Source: an uncultured Erysipelotrichaceae bacterium (GTDB lineage Bacteria; Bacillota_I; Bacilli_A; RF39; UBA660). From it: DNA of 64,000 bases. Numbering within the stretch: position 1 is the first letter of the stretch; each line of letters opens with the position of its first letter. The notes beneath the pieces were generated by a model. It made no database searches and was not told the DNA's origin. It worked only from the letters and a program-made list of their open reading frames with translations. The stretch spans positions 4,665-68,664 of the forward strand of contig CAOJRP010000004.1 of assembly GCA_948442015.1 (NCBI GenBank), read 5' to 3'. Made by a program: the position numbers and the translations under genes. Below, piece after piece: positions 1 to 9,346 of this stretch.

Positions 1-192
1 TTAAGTAAAAAAGAATTTTTAAAAGAAGAAAAAGATTGTGCTGAAATGTTAGGTATGACAATAAAAGAATATCGTAATAATTTAAAAAATTCCAAAGTAA
101 CTATCAAGCATGATAAAAAAAATAAATATGATAATTCCATTTTATTTAAATTAGGATTAACTGCAAAGGATTTAAAATTAAGAAGAGGTTAA
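1..192 (+). CDS. 3' end of an ORF entering from the left edge; possible antitoxin partner of the next gene
   Basis: Frame 1 is open from base 1 to TAA at 190-192 (LSKKEFLKEEKDCAEMLGMTIKEYRNNLKNSKV...KLRRG*). It is absent from the ORF track because it has no start in the window. Its stop directly abuts the TTG start at 193. Confidence 0.3.
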   Translation, partial: LSKKEFLKEEKDCAEMLGMTIKEYRNNLKNSKVTIKHDKKNKYDNSILFKLGLTAKDLKLRRG

Positions 193-612
193 TTGGAGGC
201 AGTAATTGGAGAAATATGGGTAGCAACTATACCTATATTACATAAAAATAAAAATGGAGATATTTCAGTTTTATTACAAAAAAGACCCGTATTAATTTTG
301 GATGATGGTCGAGGATTAATTGTCGAAGAAGATAAGCGAAATTATCATATATTAAAATTGACTACTCAAAATGATTTATATAAAAGAAAAGTTATATCAA
401 ATTGGAGAGATTTAGGCCTTTTAAAAAAATCATATATTCGTTTAGAAATGCCTATCAAACTTGAAAAAGAACAATTAGAGAAAAAATTAACTGAATTACC
501 AAGAGAACAATTATTAGAAATATATTCTGAAATCTATAAATTAATAAATATTAATTCATTAAAGAAAATGTTTATTAAATATAATCAGATATCATTGAGG
601 AAAAATATATAA
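193..612 (+). CDS. PemK/MazF-like type II toxin (ribonuclease fold)
   Basis: N-terminal GEIWVATIP...KRPVLIL and C-terminal SYIRLEMPIKLEKEQLEKKLTELP resemble the PemK/MazF pattern (G-[DE]-I-[WY]...RP.LIL...S.[IV]...[IL]). TTG start directly after the upstream ORF's stop. Confidence 0.55.
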   Translation: MEAVIGEIWVATIPILHKNKNGDISVLLQKRPVLILDDGRGLIVEEDKRNYHILKLTTQNDLYKRKVISNWRDLGLLKKSYIRLEMPIKLEKEQLEKKLTELPREQLLEIYSEIYKLININSLKKMFIKYNQISLRKNI

Positions 613-718
613 ATATTCAATCTAGAAACACCTATTAAAGGTGTTTTAAAATAATTTCAAAGGAACCTCATTATTTATATTTTTGTATTTATATGTTATA
701 ATTTTCTTGGTGGAGAAT

Positions 719-1219
719 ATGGAAAAAGAACTACTATTTGATAAAAGTAAATATATTAAAATAAGTTTTTTAAAACTATCTGTTGTAATTATAATGGTTT
801 TTCTTTTTATTCTTGTTAATACTTTATTTAGAGGAATAAAGTTTACTCCTAGCGATTATGCTGTAATGCTTCTTTTTGTAGTATTTATTGATTGTTGTTA
901 TGCTTGTAGACTTTATCTCAACTACAGATTTTATAAAAATGATTACCAATGTGTTTTTACGAAAGATTTCCTTGCTTATACTATTGTTAGATGTCCCAAT
1001 CTCTTAGAATCAGCTTTTAAACTTTTTAGTAATTACACAGCTATCTATTTAGAAGTTAATAGAATTGATAAAATCGAAAAAAAATTTGGAAGAATAATCA
1101 TTTATGGTAAAATGACTGTCGAAAAAGTGTCGAATAAAAGTAAAATAAAAATCCTCAATAAATATAAAATATATGATTATTTTCAAAATGAGGAAGAATT
1201 AATTGAATACACTAAGTAA
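719..1219 (+). CDS. hypothetical membrane protein
   Basis: ORF 683..1219. ATG at 719 follows GGTGGAG. Two hydrophobic segments near the N-terminus. Confidence 0.5.
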   Translation: MEKELLFDKSKYIKISFLKLSVVIIMVFLFILVNTLFRGIKFTPSDYAVMLLFVVFIDCCYACRLYLNYRFYKNDYQCVFTKDFLAYTIVRCPNLLESAFKLFSNYTAIYLEVNRIDKIEKKFGRIIIYGKMTVEKVSNKSKIKILNKYKIYDYFQNEEELIEYTK

Positions 1220-1304
1220 ATTGTCAAATAAAAGTAGATAAAATGTCTAATTAATGGACATTTTTTTATTATTGGTGTATGATACGCTTAAGGAGAGAGA
1301 ACCT

Positions 1305-2555
1305 ATGAAACAAAAAATTGATAATAATAAGTACTTTTATTGGGGTTTAACGATATTTTCCATCGTTGCTTTTGCTATTTTATTTTTCTTTTTACTTTAT
1401 CGTTGGGAAAATATTATTGGTGGATTAATAAAGTTTTTAAAAATATTTACTCCATTTGGAGTAGGATTTATCATTGCTTATTTATTGAATCCAATTATAA
1501 AATATATGGAATCTCGTGTTTTTAATAAGTTAGGTAAAAAAGTTTGCAAGAAAGAAGAAAATGCATATAAATTTTCTCGCTTTGCCTCTATCATTGTTAG
1601 TACTCTTATTTTAGTTTTAATTCTTGTTGGTTTCTTTAGCTTTATTATTCCCGAAATTTTAAGAAGTATTGATACGATGATAGCTAATATTCCTGATTAT
1701 TTAAACAATATTGAATCTTGGATATTAACTGCTTTTGAAAATAAACCCGAATTGGAAGAGTTAATTCTAGATAATTATGATGATATCTATGATTACATTA
1801 TTTCTTATATAAATAGTGGTAATATCCCTAGTGTTGATTCTATAATTGGCAATATTTCTAATGGATTAGTGACTATTTTTAAAGCAATTTATAATATAGT
1901 TTTAGGATATATAGTAGCAATTTATTTGTTACTTGGAAAAGAAAAATTCCTAGCGCAAGCAAAAAAACTTTTATATACAGTTGTTAAACCGAATAAAGCT
2001 TTTATTATTTTAGATAATTTGCGATATACAGACAAAATATTTGGGGGATTTTTAATAGGAAAAATGATTGATTCTTTAATTATTGGAATTATCTGCTTTG
2101 CTTTTATGTTATTACTTAATATGCCATACCCACTACTTCTTGCTGTAATTGTCGGTGTTACAAATATAATTCCCTATTTTGGCCCAATTATCGGAGCAGT
2201 TCCTTGTGCTTTATTAATTCTTTTGGTTTCACCATCTAAGTGTCTAACATTTATTATCTTTATCATTATTTTACAACAATTTGATGGTAATGTTCTAGGA
2301 CCAAAAATACTTGGTAATAAGACTGGTTTACAAAGTTTCTGGGTATTATTTTCCATTATTGTCTTTGGGGGATTATTTGGATTCATCGGAATGTTATTTG
2401 GAGTTCCATTATTTGCGATAATTTATTCTTTCTTTAATGGAGTTTGTGAAAGAAGATTAGCAGCTTGTGAACTACCACTTGCAACAGATGATTATAAAAA
2501 AATCAATTACATTGACCCAGAGACAAATAAACCGGTTTATTATCCTGTTAAATAG
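1305..2555 (+). CDS. AI-2E family (PerM/YhhT-like) transporter
   Basis: Polytopic membrane protein with the family-typical IPYFGPIIGAVP and QQFDGNVLGPKILG segments. ATG at 1305 preceded by AAGGAGAG. Confidence 0.8.
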   Translation: MKQKIDNNKYFYWGLTIFSIVAFAILFFFLLYRWENIIGGLIKFLKIFTPFGVGFIIAYLLNPIIKYMESRVFNKLGKKVCKKEENAYKFSRFASIIVSTLILVLILVGFFSFIIPEILRSIDTMIANIPDYLNNIESWILTAFENKPELEELILDNYDDIYDYIISYINSGNIPSVDSIIGNISNGLVTIFKAIYNIVLGYIVAIYLLLGKEKFLAQAKKLLYTVVKPNKAFIILDNLRYTDKIFGGFLIGKMIDSLIIGIICFAFMLLLNMPYPLLLAVIVGVTNIIPYFGPIIGAVPCALLILLVSPSKCLTFIIFIIILQQFDGNVLGPKILGNKTGLQSFWVLFSIIVFGGLFGFIGMLFGVPLFAIIYSFFNGVCERRLAACELPLATDDYKKINYIDPETNKPVYYPVK

Positions 2556-2593
2556 TCAAAACATATAATAGTAGAAATTAAAAGGTGGTTTAT

Positions 2594-3763
2594 ATGACTA
2601 AAAAGCAAATAATTATTTCGATAATTGCAATATTATTAGTTGGAGGTCTTATCACGTCTTTTTTTCTTTTTGGTAAAAATTTTATTGATAAAGATAGTAG
2701 TAGGAAATACCAAGAACAAGAAAAGATAGAAGATAATCATTCAAAAGAAGAAACTAGTTTAGAAAATGAAGAAACTAATTTAGAAGAAGATGTTAAAGAA
2801 ACTGAAGAAGATAATGAAGAAAACAAAAAAGATAGTGATGAAGTAAAGAAAGATGAAAATAAAAAAGCTGAAGAAAATACTAAAAAGGATAATCAAGTAA
2901 CTGATAATAAAACAGCAAATAAAGAAGAAAATAAAACTTCTAATAATCAAAACAAAGATACTAATATAAATAATACTAAACCTAGTACACCTTCTTCTAA
3001 TAAAGATAATGAAAATAATAAACCTAGTGACAATAATAACTTTGTGGAAAAGCCTAAAGAAGAAAATGATGAAGTAGATACTCTAAGAAAGAAAATAGAA
3101 AATACTTATGGTATTACTATTAAATATGGTAATGAACTAGATTCTTATCGGCCTAAAAGACTAACTCCTACTATCCTTACTGATAAAGAAAAAATTAAAA
3201 AAGAGTTAAATTTAATAAATAATGAATTAAAAAAGTATCCAACTGGTTTCTTTCGTGATTTTAGTGGCATGCCTTTAACAATTTATTTAGTTAGTAGTGT
3301 ACCAGGTAATGTATTTTCAGGCTTTACTGATAGAGAATTTATGAATGATATAAAAATTACTTTAACGGAAAACTATTTTTTCGAATATACTTTAAATCAT
3401 GAACTTATGCACTATATTGATGCTTATTTAGAAATAAAGATGTATCCAGCTAATCCTTATGATGAATATATGGCCTTAAATCCTTTAGATTTTAATTATG
3501 GAACAGTAAATAAAAATTATAACTATGGGAATAATGGGGTTATCAAAGGAGCTTACTTCATTGATGATTATGCTCAAAGTTCAGTTAGAGAAGATAGGGC
3601 AGAATTATTTAAAAATATGATTACAAGACTTTATAAACCAGCAGGCATGTTTGATGATGAAGAAGTCTTACAAAAGAAAGCTCTTATTATTGATAAACAG
3701 ATAAGACAATATTTTAAGAGTGCTAATGGAACTACCTATTGGGATAAAATAATTGGAAAATAG
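2594..3763 (+). CDS. membrane-anchored protein with N/K/E-rich linker and C-terminal HExxH metallopeptidase-like domain
   Basis: N-terminal TM helix. About 130 aa of low-complexity E/K/N-rich sequence. HELMH (NHELMHYID) plus a downstream acidic segment (REDRAELF). ATG at 2594 after AAAGGTGG. Confidence 0.5.
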   Translation: MTKKQIIISIIAILLVGGLITSFFLFGKNFIDKDSSRKYQEQEKIEDNHSKEETSLENEETNLEEDVKETEEDNEENKKDSDEVKKDENKKAEENTKKDNQVTDNKTANKEENKTSNNQNKDTNINNTKPSTPSSNKDNENNKPSDNNNFVEKPKEENDEVDTLRKKIENTYGITIKYGNELDSYRPKRLTPTILTDKEKIKKELNLINNELKKYPTGFFRDFSGMPLTIYLVSSVPGNVFSGFTDREFMNDIKITLTENYFFEYTLNHELMHYIDAYLEIKMYPANPYDEYMALNPLDFNYGTVNKNYNYGNNGVIKGAYFIDDYAQSSVREDRAELFKNMITRLYKPAGMFDDEEVLQKKALIIDKQIRQYFKSANGTTYWDKIIGK

Positions 3764-3914
3764 TAAATTATAAGGAATTTATAAATAAGCTATTCAAATT
3801 ACAGATATGATGTTATACTTAACATAGGGTAAGGAGAATTTTAAAATTATTGGCGAAATTATAATTAATTCTTTATTCTAAATGAAGTAAAGAAGTAGGA
3901 AAGGAGGTTGTTTT

Positions 3915-4340
3915 ATGAAAAAAGTAAAAGTATTAGCTGTTTTGTTTGTTTTAAGTTGTTTTATACCAGTAATGAATACAATGGCTGCTAATGGTGTTAG
4001 TTTTACTGCTGAAATACCTGGAAATGCTGGTGATTGGTACTATACTGGATTTGGTTATAAAAAAACTAAAACTGAAGCTCAATATTTCTATAATATTGGA
4101 GCTCGTAACTCGTTTGGCGTAAATGAGAATATTCAAGTAAGAACGTGGGATGGTACTTATAATTCTGACTGGATAAATGCCTATAAGGGGAAATATGTTA
4201 CTTGGGATGATAAAAATAGTTCGGCAGCTAATTTTCTACCTGGAACATATGGCTTAGATGTTCATAGAAAATCATCAGGTCTTAAATTGACTCATAACGG
4301 AACTTGGTACTATAATACAATACCACCTGATTTAAAATAA
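3915..4340 (+). CDS. small secreted Trp/Tyr-rich protein (signal peptide ...NTMA/ANG)
   Basis: GGAAAGGAGG RBS, classic signal peptide, mature protein of about 115 aa with GDWYY and GTWYY motifs. Heads an ABC/membrane-protein cluster. Confidence 0.6.
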   Translation: MKKVKVLAVLFVLSCFIPVMNTMAANGVSFTAEIPGNAGDWYYTGFGYKKTKTEAQYFYNIGARNSFGVNENIQVRTWDGTYNSDWINAYKGKYVTWDDKNSSAANFLPGTYGLDVHRKSSGLKLTHNGTWYYNTIPPDLK

Positions 4341-4388
4341 ACTAAATTTTCTTTACCCTAAATGTATTTTTTTAAGAAGGTGATACAA

Positions 4389-5303
4389 ATGAAAAAGTTT
4401 TTAAAAGAAAATAAAATAGCAATAGTAGTTTATATAGTTATGCTAATTTTAATCGGTCTTGGAGTAAGTGAGTACAATAGAGAATACGGCTATAAAAAAA
4501 GAGTCGAACAACATGAAAACCTTTTAAAAAAATGTGAAGAATATGACTATTCTACAGAAGGTCATGAAATTATGGAAAAAGTTTGTGAAAGAACTAAAAA
4601 TGAAGAAGTGAAAATGGATGATACTATTACAACATTTTTCTATATATTATTTACTAGAAAATTATCTAATTTTCATTTGATAATCCCTATTTTTATAATG
4701 ATTTGTGCAATAAAAAAATGGCATAGTTATATGAGGAATGGATTAATAAAGAATACTTTAACACGTGAAAAGTATTCTAAATGCTTGAGAAAAGGATTTT
4801 TAGATAGCTATAAACAAGTAGCAGTATTCTTAGGTTTTATATTTTTAATATTTATAATAAGCTTTTTCATATCAGGACATTTCGATTACACAGAGGCATT
4901 AAGTTATGATGGTTTAGTCAGACATGATTTTTATAACACAATGCCATATGCATTAATAATATTTTTTATAATATTAGGATTAAGCTATTTTATGTATGTA
5001 AATATAGCTTTAATAAGTGCTAGATATAATAAAAATTATTATGTTTGCATAATTATTTCTTATTTAATATGGCTTGCTTTAGATATTTTAGTCGAAGTTT
5101 TTATTAGTGGATATCTCTTATGGAAAGTTTTCAAAATAAATACAAATGGAACGTTTAGTTTATTTTCTATATATGATTCATGGACAACGAAAGAACAAAT
5201 AATTCAATTAGGATTAACGTTTACTTTAGCCGTAATATCTTTTATAATTCTATATTTAGTTTATCGTAAAAAAGAGGGAGTTGTTATGGCAAATGAAAAA
5301 TAA
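4389..5303 (+). CDS. polytopic membrane protein (ABC-2-like permease candidate)
   Basis: ORF 4362..5303. ATG 4389 after GAAGGTGA. Multiple hydrophobic helices. Confidence 0.55.
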   Translation: MKKFLKENKIAIVVYIVMLILIGLGVSEYNREYGYKKRVEQHENLLKKCEEYDYSTEGHEIMEKVCERTKNEEVKMDDTITTFFYILFTRKLSNFHLIIPIFIMICAIKKWHSYMRNGLIKNTLTREKYSKCLRKGFLDSYKQVAVFLGFIFLIFIISFFISGHFDYTEALSYDGLVRHDFYNTMPYALIIFFIILGLSYFMYVNIALISARYNKNYYVCIIISYLIWLALDILVEVFISGYLLWKVFKINTNGTFSLFSIYDSWTTKEQIIQLGLTFTLAVISFIILYLVYRKKEGVVMANEK

Positions 5304-6027
5304 AATAAGAAATTTTTTTTCCGAACTTAATTTTTTTGTGAGTAGTGAAAAATTTTTGTTAATCTTTCTTTTTATAATTATAAATAATGTTTATGGAGCG
5401 ACAGCATTATTATTTCCAGAAGATAGCTATATTGATTCCTTATTTAGCTTCTTTACATGGTCTTACTATTTACTAATTTTACAACTTTGTATATTTATTT
5501 CTGTAAACACAACAATTAATCAATTTGAGAAAAACGGAGCTTTAATAATACGGTTTAAAAATCATAAAGAATATTTAAAAGAATTATTTAAAAGAGTAGT
5601 AAGAAATACATTATTTGTATTTATCGTTAATCTAATAGTAGCTTTATTAATATTAAACTTAATTAGATTTTATAATATTGGGATAGGTACTATGGATATG
5701 TATAATATATCTAATGTTTTATATTTAATATTTTATATAATTAGAACATGTGTTATTATTTTGTTAAATGCTTTAGTATTTTTGTATATTATGAAAAACA
5801 CAAATAAAAATATAGGAATAGTATTATGCTTGTTCTATTTAGTAGGTAATATATTTTCTTTTAGAGAACCACTTTATATATTTTATTCAGAATATTTTAA
5901 TATATTAATCTGTGGAACTTTTATCGAAGAAGTAATAAGAAGTATAATCTTTATAGGTGTCTTTGGAGTAATCTTAAAAATAGTTCATGAATATACAATA
6001 AAGCATATGAAAAAATTAGTAGATTGA
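5293..6027 (+). CDS. polytopic membrane protein
   Basis: ORF 5281..6027 overlaps the previous stop. ATG at 5293. 5-6 predicted TM helices. Confidence 0.5.
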   Translation: MKNKIRNFFSELNFFVSSEKFLLIFLFIIINNVYGATALLFPEDSYIDSLFSFFTWSYYLLILQLCIFISVNTTINQFEKNGALIIRFKNHKEYLKELFKRVVRNTLFVFIVNLIVALLILNLIRFYNIGIGTMDMYNISNVLYLIFYIIRTCVIILLNALVFLYIMKNTNKNIGIVLCLFYLVGNIFSFREPLYIFYSEYFNILICGTFIEEVIRSIIFIGVFGVILKIVHEYTIKHMKKLVD

Positions 6028-6038
6028 AAGGTGTAATT

Positions 6039-6677
6039 ATGAAAATTGAAATTAAAAATGTAACAAAAAAGTTTAAAGAAAATATAGTTTTAGATAATGT
6101 AAATATGACTTTGGAAAGTGGTAAAATTTATGGCTTTATTGGTCGCAATGGTAGTGGGAAAAGTGTTTTGCTAAAAATGATATGTGCTTTTTATGAACCG
6201 ACTAGTGGTGAAATTTTATTTGATGGTGAGAATGTTATAAAAAATAAAAGTTTTCCAAAAAATACAAGAGCCATAATAGAAGGACCAAACTTCTTACCTG
6301 ATTTAACAGGAGAAGAAAATCTTCAACTTTTAGCTGATATACAAAAGAAAATTGGTAAAAAAGAAATTGAAGAAACTTTAAAATTAGTTAATTTATATGA
6401 AGATAAAGATAAAAAATATTCTAAGTATTCTCTAGGTATGAAACAAAAACTAGGTCTTGCTCAAGTATTTATGGAAAATCCTGATGTAATCATTTTAGAT
6501 GAACCATTTAATGGTATTGAAGATAAAACGGCAATAAAATTAAGGGAATTTCTTAAGGAAGAAAAGAAAAAAGGAAAACTAATTATTATTGCTACTCATA
6601 TCAAAGAAGATGTTGATAAATTAGTTGACGAATTATATAAATTTGATGAAGGAAAAATTACAAAATTAGAAAAGTAG
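6039..6677 (+). CDS. ABC transporter ATP-binding protein
   Basis: Walker A GRNGSGKS, signature YSLGMKQK, Walker B VIILDEP. ATG 6039 after GAAAGGTG. Confidence 0.85.
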   Translation: MKIEIKNVTKKFKENIVLDNVNMTLESGKIYGFIGRNGSGKSVLLKMICAFYEPTSGEILFDGENVIKNKSFPKNTRAIIEGPNFLPDLTGEENLQLLADIQKKIGKKEIEETLKLVNLYEDKDKKYSKYSLGMKQKLGLAQVFMENPDVIILDEPFNGIEDKTAIKLREFLKEEKKKGKLIIIATHIKEDVDKLVDELYKFDEGKITKLEK

Positions 6678-6684
6678 GGATATA

Positions 6685-7332
6685 ATGAAATTTGTACTCT
6701 TAAATGATTTTAAAACAACTTTTAAAACACAAAAGAAATGGTTATTATTATATTACATAGTTTTTATAACTTACATGTTATTTAAATATTATGTTAATCA
6801 AGATTTAATTGATAATACTTTTGTTTTAGAATCATTTGGGCTTTTAATAAATGGAACTAATATCCTTAAAATAACAGTATTTACATTTCATATTATTTTT
6901 TATGTTTACCTTGCTGTTAGCTTATTTTTTTGTGATTTAAAAGAAGATAAATGTAATCTTTTTTTAAGAATGGATAATAAAAAGTGGTATGTATACAAAA
7001 TAATATCTATATTTTTAATGTCAATTTTATTAGAACTGATGGCTTTTCTAATTTTTTCTCTTTTTAGTTATTTAGTCTCAAAAAAGATATTTCTTTTCTT
7101 TTTTCTAAAAGATGTATTATTTCTTTTTACTTGTCAAGTAACTATAATATTAGGAATTATTTTTACTCCTTGTTTTTTATTTCTTTTACTAATTTGTTAT
7201 TTTGTTTATTTTAAAGAAGGGAATGTCTTAGATATTAACTTATATTTAAAAATTCTATATTTATTTGTGAGTTTAATTTTAGGAGTTTTCTTAATTAGAA
7301 AAAATAAATGCTTAATTTTTGAAAAATGTTAA
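6685..7332 (+). CDS. polytopic membrane protein
   Basis: Follows the ABC ATPase after 7 nt. Highly hydrophobic, about 6 TM helices. Confidence 0.5.
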   Translation: MKFVLLNDFKTTFKTQKKWLLLYYIVFITYMLFKYYVNQDLIDNTFVLESFGLLINGTNILKITVFTFHIIFYVYLAVSLFFCDLKEDKCNLFLRMDNKKWYVYKIISIFLMSILLELMAFLIFSLFSYLVSKKIFLFFFLKDVLFLFTCQVTIILGIIFTPCFLFLLLICYFVYFKEGNVLDINLYLKILYLFVSLILGVFLIRKNKCLIFEKC

Positions 7333-7360
7333 TAAAAGGTTCAATAATCATTATAACTAG

Positions 7361-7368
7361 CATACATT
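7361..7368 (+). promoter_or_regulatory. possible mother-cell sigma (sigE/sigK-type) -10 element CATACATT upstream of cotE
   Basis: CATACATT lies 20 nt before the cotE ATG. It resembles the CATACA-T (sigE) and CATA---TA (sigK) -10 consensus as I recall them. No clear sigA promoter in this 55-bp gap. Confidence 0.3.
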
Positions 7369-7387
7369 AAAGTAGAGGGTGATTTAA

Positions 7388-7918
7388 ATGTCTAGTTATA
7401 AAGAGATAGTTACAAAAGCCATAGTTGGTAAAGGTAAAAAAACAAGTAAAAATTCTTTTAGTATTCAAACGGAAGAAATCCCTAATACTGTTTTAGGTTG
7501 TTGGGTAATTAACCATCGTTTTGAAGGTGTAAATAACAATAACCAAGTTCACATTAATGGTTCTTTTGATGTTAACGTTTGGTATTCTTATGAGGGGGAT
7601 TCGAAAACAACTGTTAGTACAAAAAGATTTAATTATAGTGAAGATATGAGTGTTAGAAGTAAAGAAAGTTCTTTATCGAATACCGAAATTATTGTTAGAA
7701 GTCTAAAACAACCAACTGTAACTGATGTTAAGATAAAAGATGGTTTAGTTGAGTTGATAGTTGAAAAAGAACTTGGAGTTGAACTTCTTGGTGACTCCAA
7801 AGTAAAAGTAATGACAGAAGAAACTCTAGAAGATTGGGATGAAATAGAGGAAGAAATTGATGAAGAAGAGATTGATGAAGTAAATGAAGAATATATAAAA
7901 GAAGATAATGCAGAGTAG
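7388..7918 (+). CDS. cotE: outer spore coat morphogenetic protein CotE homolog
   Basis: Collinear resemblance to Bacillus CotE: N-terminal YKEIVTKAIVGKGKK, ILGCWVINH, DVNVWYSY, and an acidic E/D-rich C-terminal tail. Size is also similar (176 aa). Confidence 0.75.
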   Translation: MSSYKEIVTKAIVGKGKKTSKNSFSIQTEEIPNTVLGCWVINHRFEGVNNNNQVHINGSFDVNVWYSYEGDSKTTVSTKRFNYSEDMSVRSKESSLSNTEIIVRSLKQPTVTDVKIKDGLVELIVEKELGVELLGDSKVKVMTEETLEDWDEIEEEIDEEEIDEVNEEYIKEDNAE

Positions 7919-7961
7919 TTATCTTTTTTTTAGATAAAAAGTTAGTGTTAACCAAAAAAGG

Positions 7962-7990
7962 TTGACAGTGCTTGAATATTTTGTTATCAT
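7962..7990 (+). promoter_or_regulatory. sigA-type promoter for rpsP operon
   Basis: TTGACA (7962-7967), 17-nt spacer, TGt-TATCAT (7985-7990). Confidence 0.5.
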
Positions 7991-8020
7991 GGTACTAGAA
8001 AACGAAGGAGGGAAGTAAAA

Positions 8021-8302
8021 ATGGCAGTTAAATTAAGATTAAAAAGAATGGGTTCTAAACAAAGACCATTTTATCGTATTGTAGCTACTGATTCAAGAAA
8101 TCCAAGAGATGGACGTTTCATCGAAACTGTAGGTACTTATAATCCAATTGATAAAAATAACGAAGTAAAAGTAGATAAAGAAAAAGCCTTAAATTGGTTA
8201 AATAATGGAGCAATACCTACAGATACAGTTCGAAATATCTTAAGTAAAGAAGGTATTATGAAAGAATATGCTGAGTCTAAGGCAAAAAAAGAAGGTAAAT
8301 AA
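8021..8302 (+). CDS. rpsP: 30S ribosomal protein S16
   Basis: [41 protein letters not shown] is the canonical S16 N-terminus. Strong GAAGGAGGG RBS. Confidence 0.95.
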   Translation: MAVKLRLKRMGSKQRPFYRIVATDSRNPRDGRFIETVGTYNPIDKNNEVKVDKEKALNWLNNGAIPTDTVRNILSKEGIMKEYAESKAKKEGK

Positions 8303-8307
8303 TAGTT

Positions 8308-8553
8308 ATGGATTTAAAAAGTTTTACAGAATTTTTGGTAAAAAGCATTGTAACTGAGCCAGATATGGTTAAAGTGCAACAATTTGGTGGCGAAGATGAT
8401 GCGACAATATTGGAAATAATTGTTCATGAAAATGATATGGGTGCCGTAATTGGAAGAAGTGGAAAAATGGCTTCGTCAATTAGAACTTTGGTTCAAGCTC
8501 ATGCATATTTACTGGGAATGAATAAAGTTAAAATCAATATTGATTCATTTTAA
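8308..8553 (+). CDS. KH-domain RNA-binding protein (UPF0109/YlqC family)
   Basis: 81 aa directly after rpsP, as in Bacillus. GAVIGRSGKMASSIRTLV is a KH GxxG core. Confidence 0.85.
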   Translation: MDLKSFTEFLVKSIVTEPDMVKVQQFGGEDDATILEIIVHENDMGAVIGRSGKMASSIRTLVQAHAYLLGMNKVKINIDSF

Positions 8554-8561
8554 AATACAAG

Positions 8562-8586
8562 AAAAGAGGTGTTACTCTTTTTTTGT
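8562..8586 (+). terminator. intrinsic terminator after rpsP-KH
   Basis: AAAAGAG-gtgtta-CTCTTTT stem followed by a T-run. Confidence 0.5.
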
Positions 8587-8638
8587 TTGCTATTCTCTTT
8601 TCTTAATAGTATAATTAATTTTGTAAGGATGGTAAAAG

Positions 8639-9346
8639 ATGGATTTAAATATACCTAATCATGTCGCTATAATTTTAGACGGCAATCGAAGATGGGCTAG
8701 AGAAAATAATATGTCTAATTTTGAAGGACATAAAAAAGGTGCAGAAAATATAAGAAAAATGACTAGTTATATTATTAACAAAGGAGTTAAATTTTTGAGT
8801 GTTTTTGCTTTTTCAACGGAAAACTTTAAAAGAAGTCAAGAAGAAGTAAAATATTTGATGAATTTATTTGTTAATGAATTTACAAAAGAATATCACAAAT
8901 TACATGAAGAAAATATTAAAATAATTTTTTCAGGGCGAAGAGAAGGTTTAAAAAAAGAAGTAATAAATGCGATGGAAAAAACTACCCTTTTAACGAAAAA
9001 TAATACAGGTGGTATTTTAAATGTTTGCTTAAATTATGGTGGGCAAGCAGAAATCGTTGATACAACAAAAAAGATTATGGAAGACTATAAAAATGGTGTT
9101 ATAAAAGAAGAAGACGTTACGGAAGAACTATTTAGTAAATACTTGTATCATGAACTTCCACCTATTGATTTATTAATTAGAACTAGTGGGGAACAAAGAG
9201 TTAGTAACTTCATGCTTTGGAACCTTGCTTATGCCGAATTTTATTTTCCTAAAGTTGGATGGCCTGGTTTTAACGAAGAAGAATTTGACAAAGCTTTAGA
9301 AGTTTTTAATGGAAGAACAAGAAAATTTGGTGGTGATAGTAAATGA
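8639..9346 (+). CDS. uppS: isoprenyl transferase (undecaprenyl diphosphate synthase)
   Basis: HVAIILDGNRRWA and RTSGEQRVSNFMLWNLAYAEFYF motifs. Confidence 0.95.
   Translation: MDLNIPNHVAIILDGNRRWARENNMSNFEGHKKGAENIRKMTSYIINKGVKFLSVFAFSTENFKRSQEEVKYLMNLFVNEFTKEYHKLHEENIKIIFSGRREGLKKEVINAMEKTTLLTKNNTGGILNVCLNYGGQAEIVDTTKKIMEDYKNGVIKEEDVTEELFSKYLYHELPPIDLLIRTSGEQRVSNFMLWNLAYAEFYFPKVGWPGFNEEEFDKALEVFNGRTRKFGGDSK

Noticed and set aside
1340-1525. Alternative-frame and antisense ORFs from the track that lie inside longer, motif-supported genes: 1340..1525, 2174..2386(-), 3951..4136(-), 7728..7955(-), 22516..22704(-), 26151..26357(-), 27615..27824(-), 34920..35132(-), 40450..40722(-), 42620..42835(-), 51101..51286(+), 52903..53133(-), 54045..54251(-), 54777..55067(-), 56184..56441(-), 60258..60467(-), 63238..63444(-)
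   Set aside because: Each is fully embedded in a longer ORF on the other strand or frame that carries recognisable family motifs. They lack SD sequences and have the I/K/F/L/N-rich composition expected of random frames in AT-rich DNA.
3826-4360. 9-bp inverted repeat TAGGGTAAG / TTTACCCTA flanking the small secreted-protein gene, considered as possible cassette ends
   Set aside because: Only 8 of 9 positions pair across about 520 bp. A match of this size is expected by chance in 64 kb on two strands, and no target-site duplication or recombinase is nearby.
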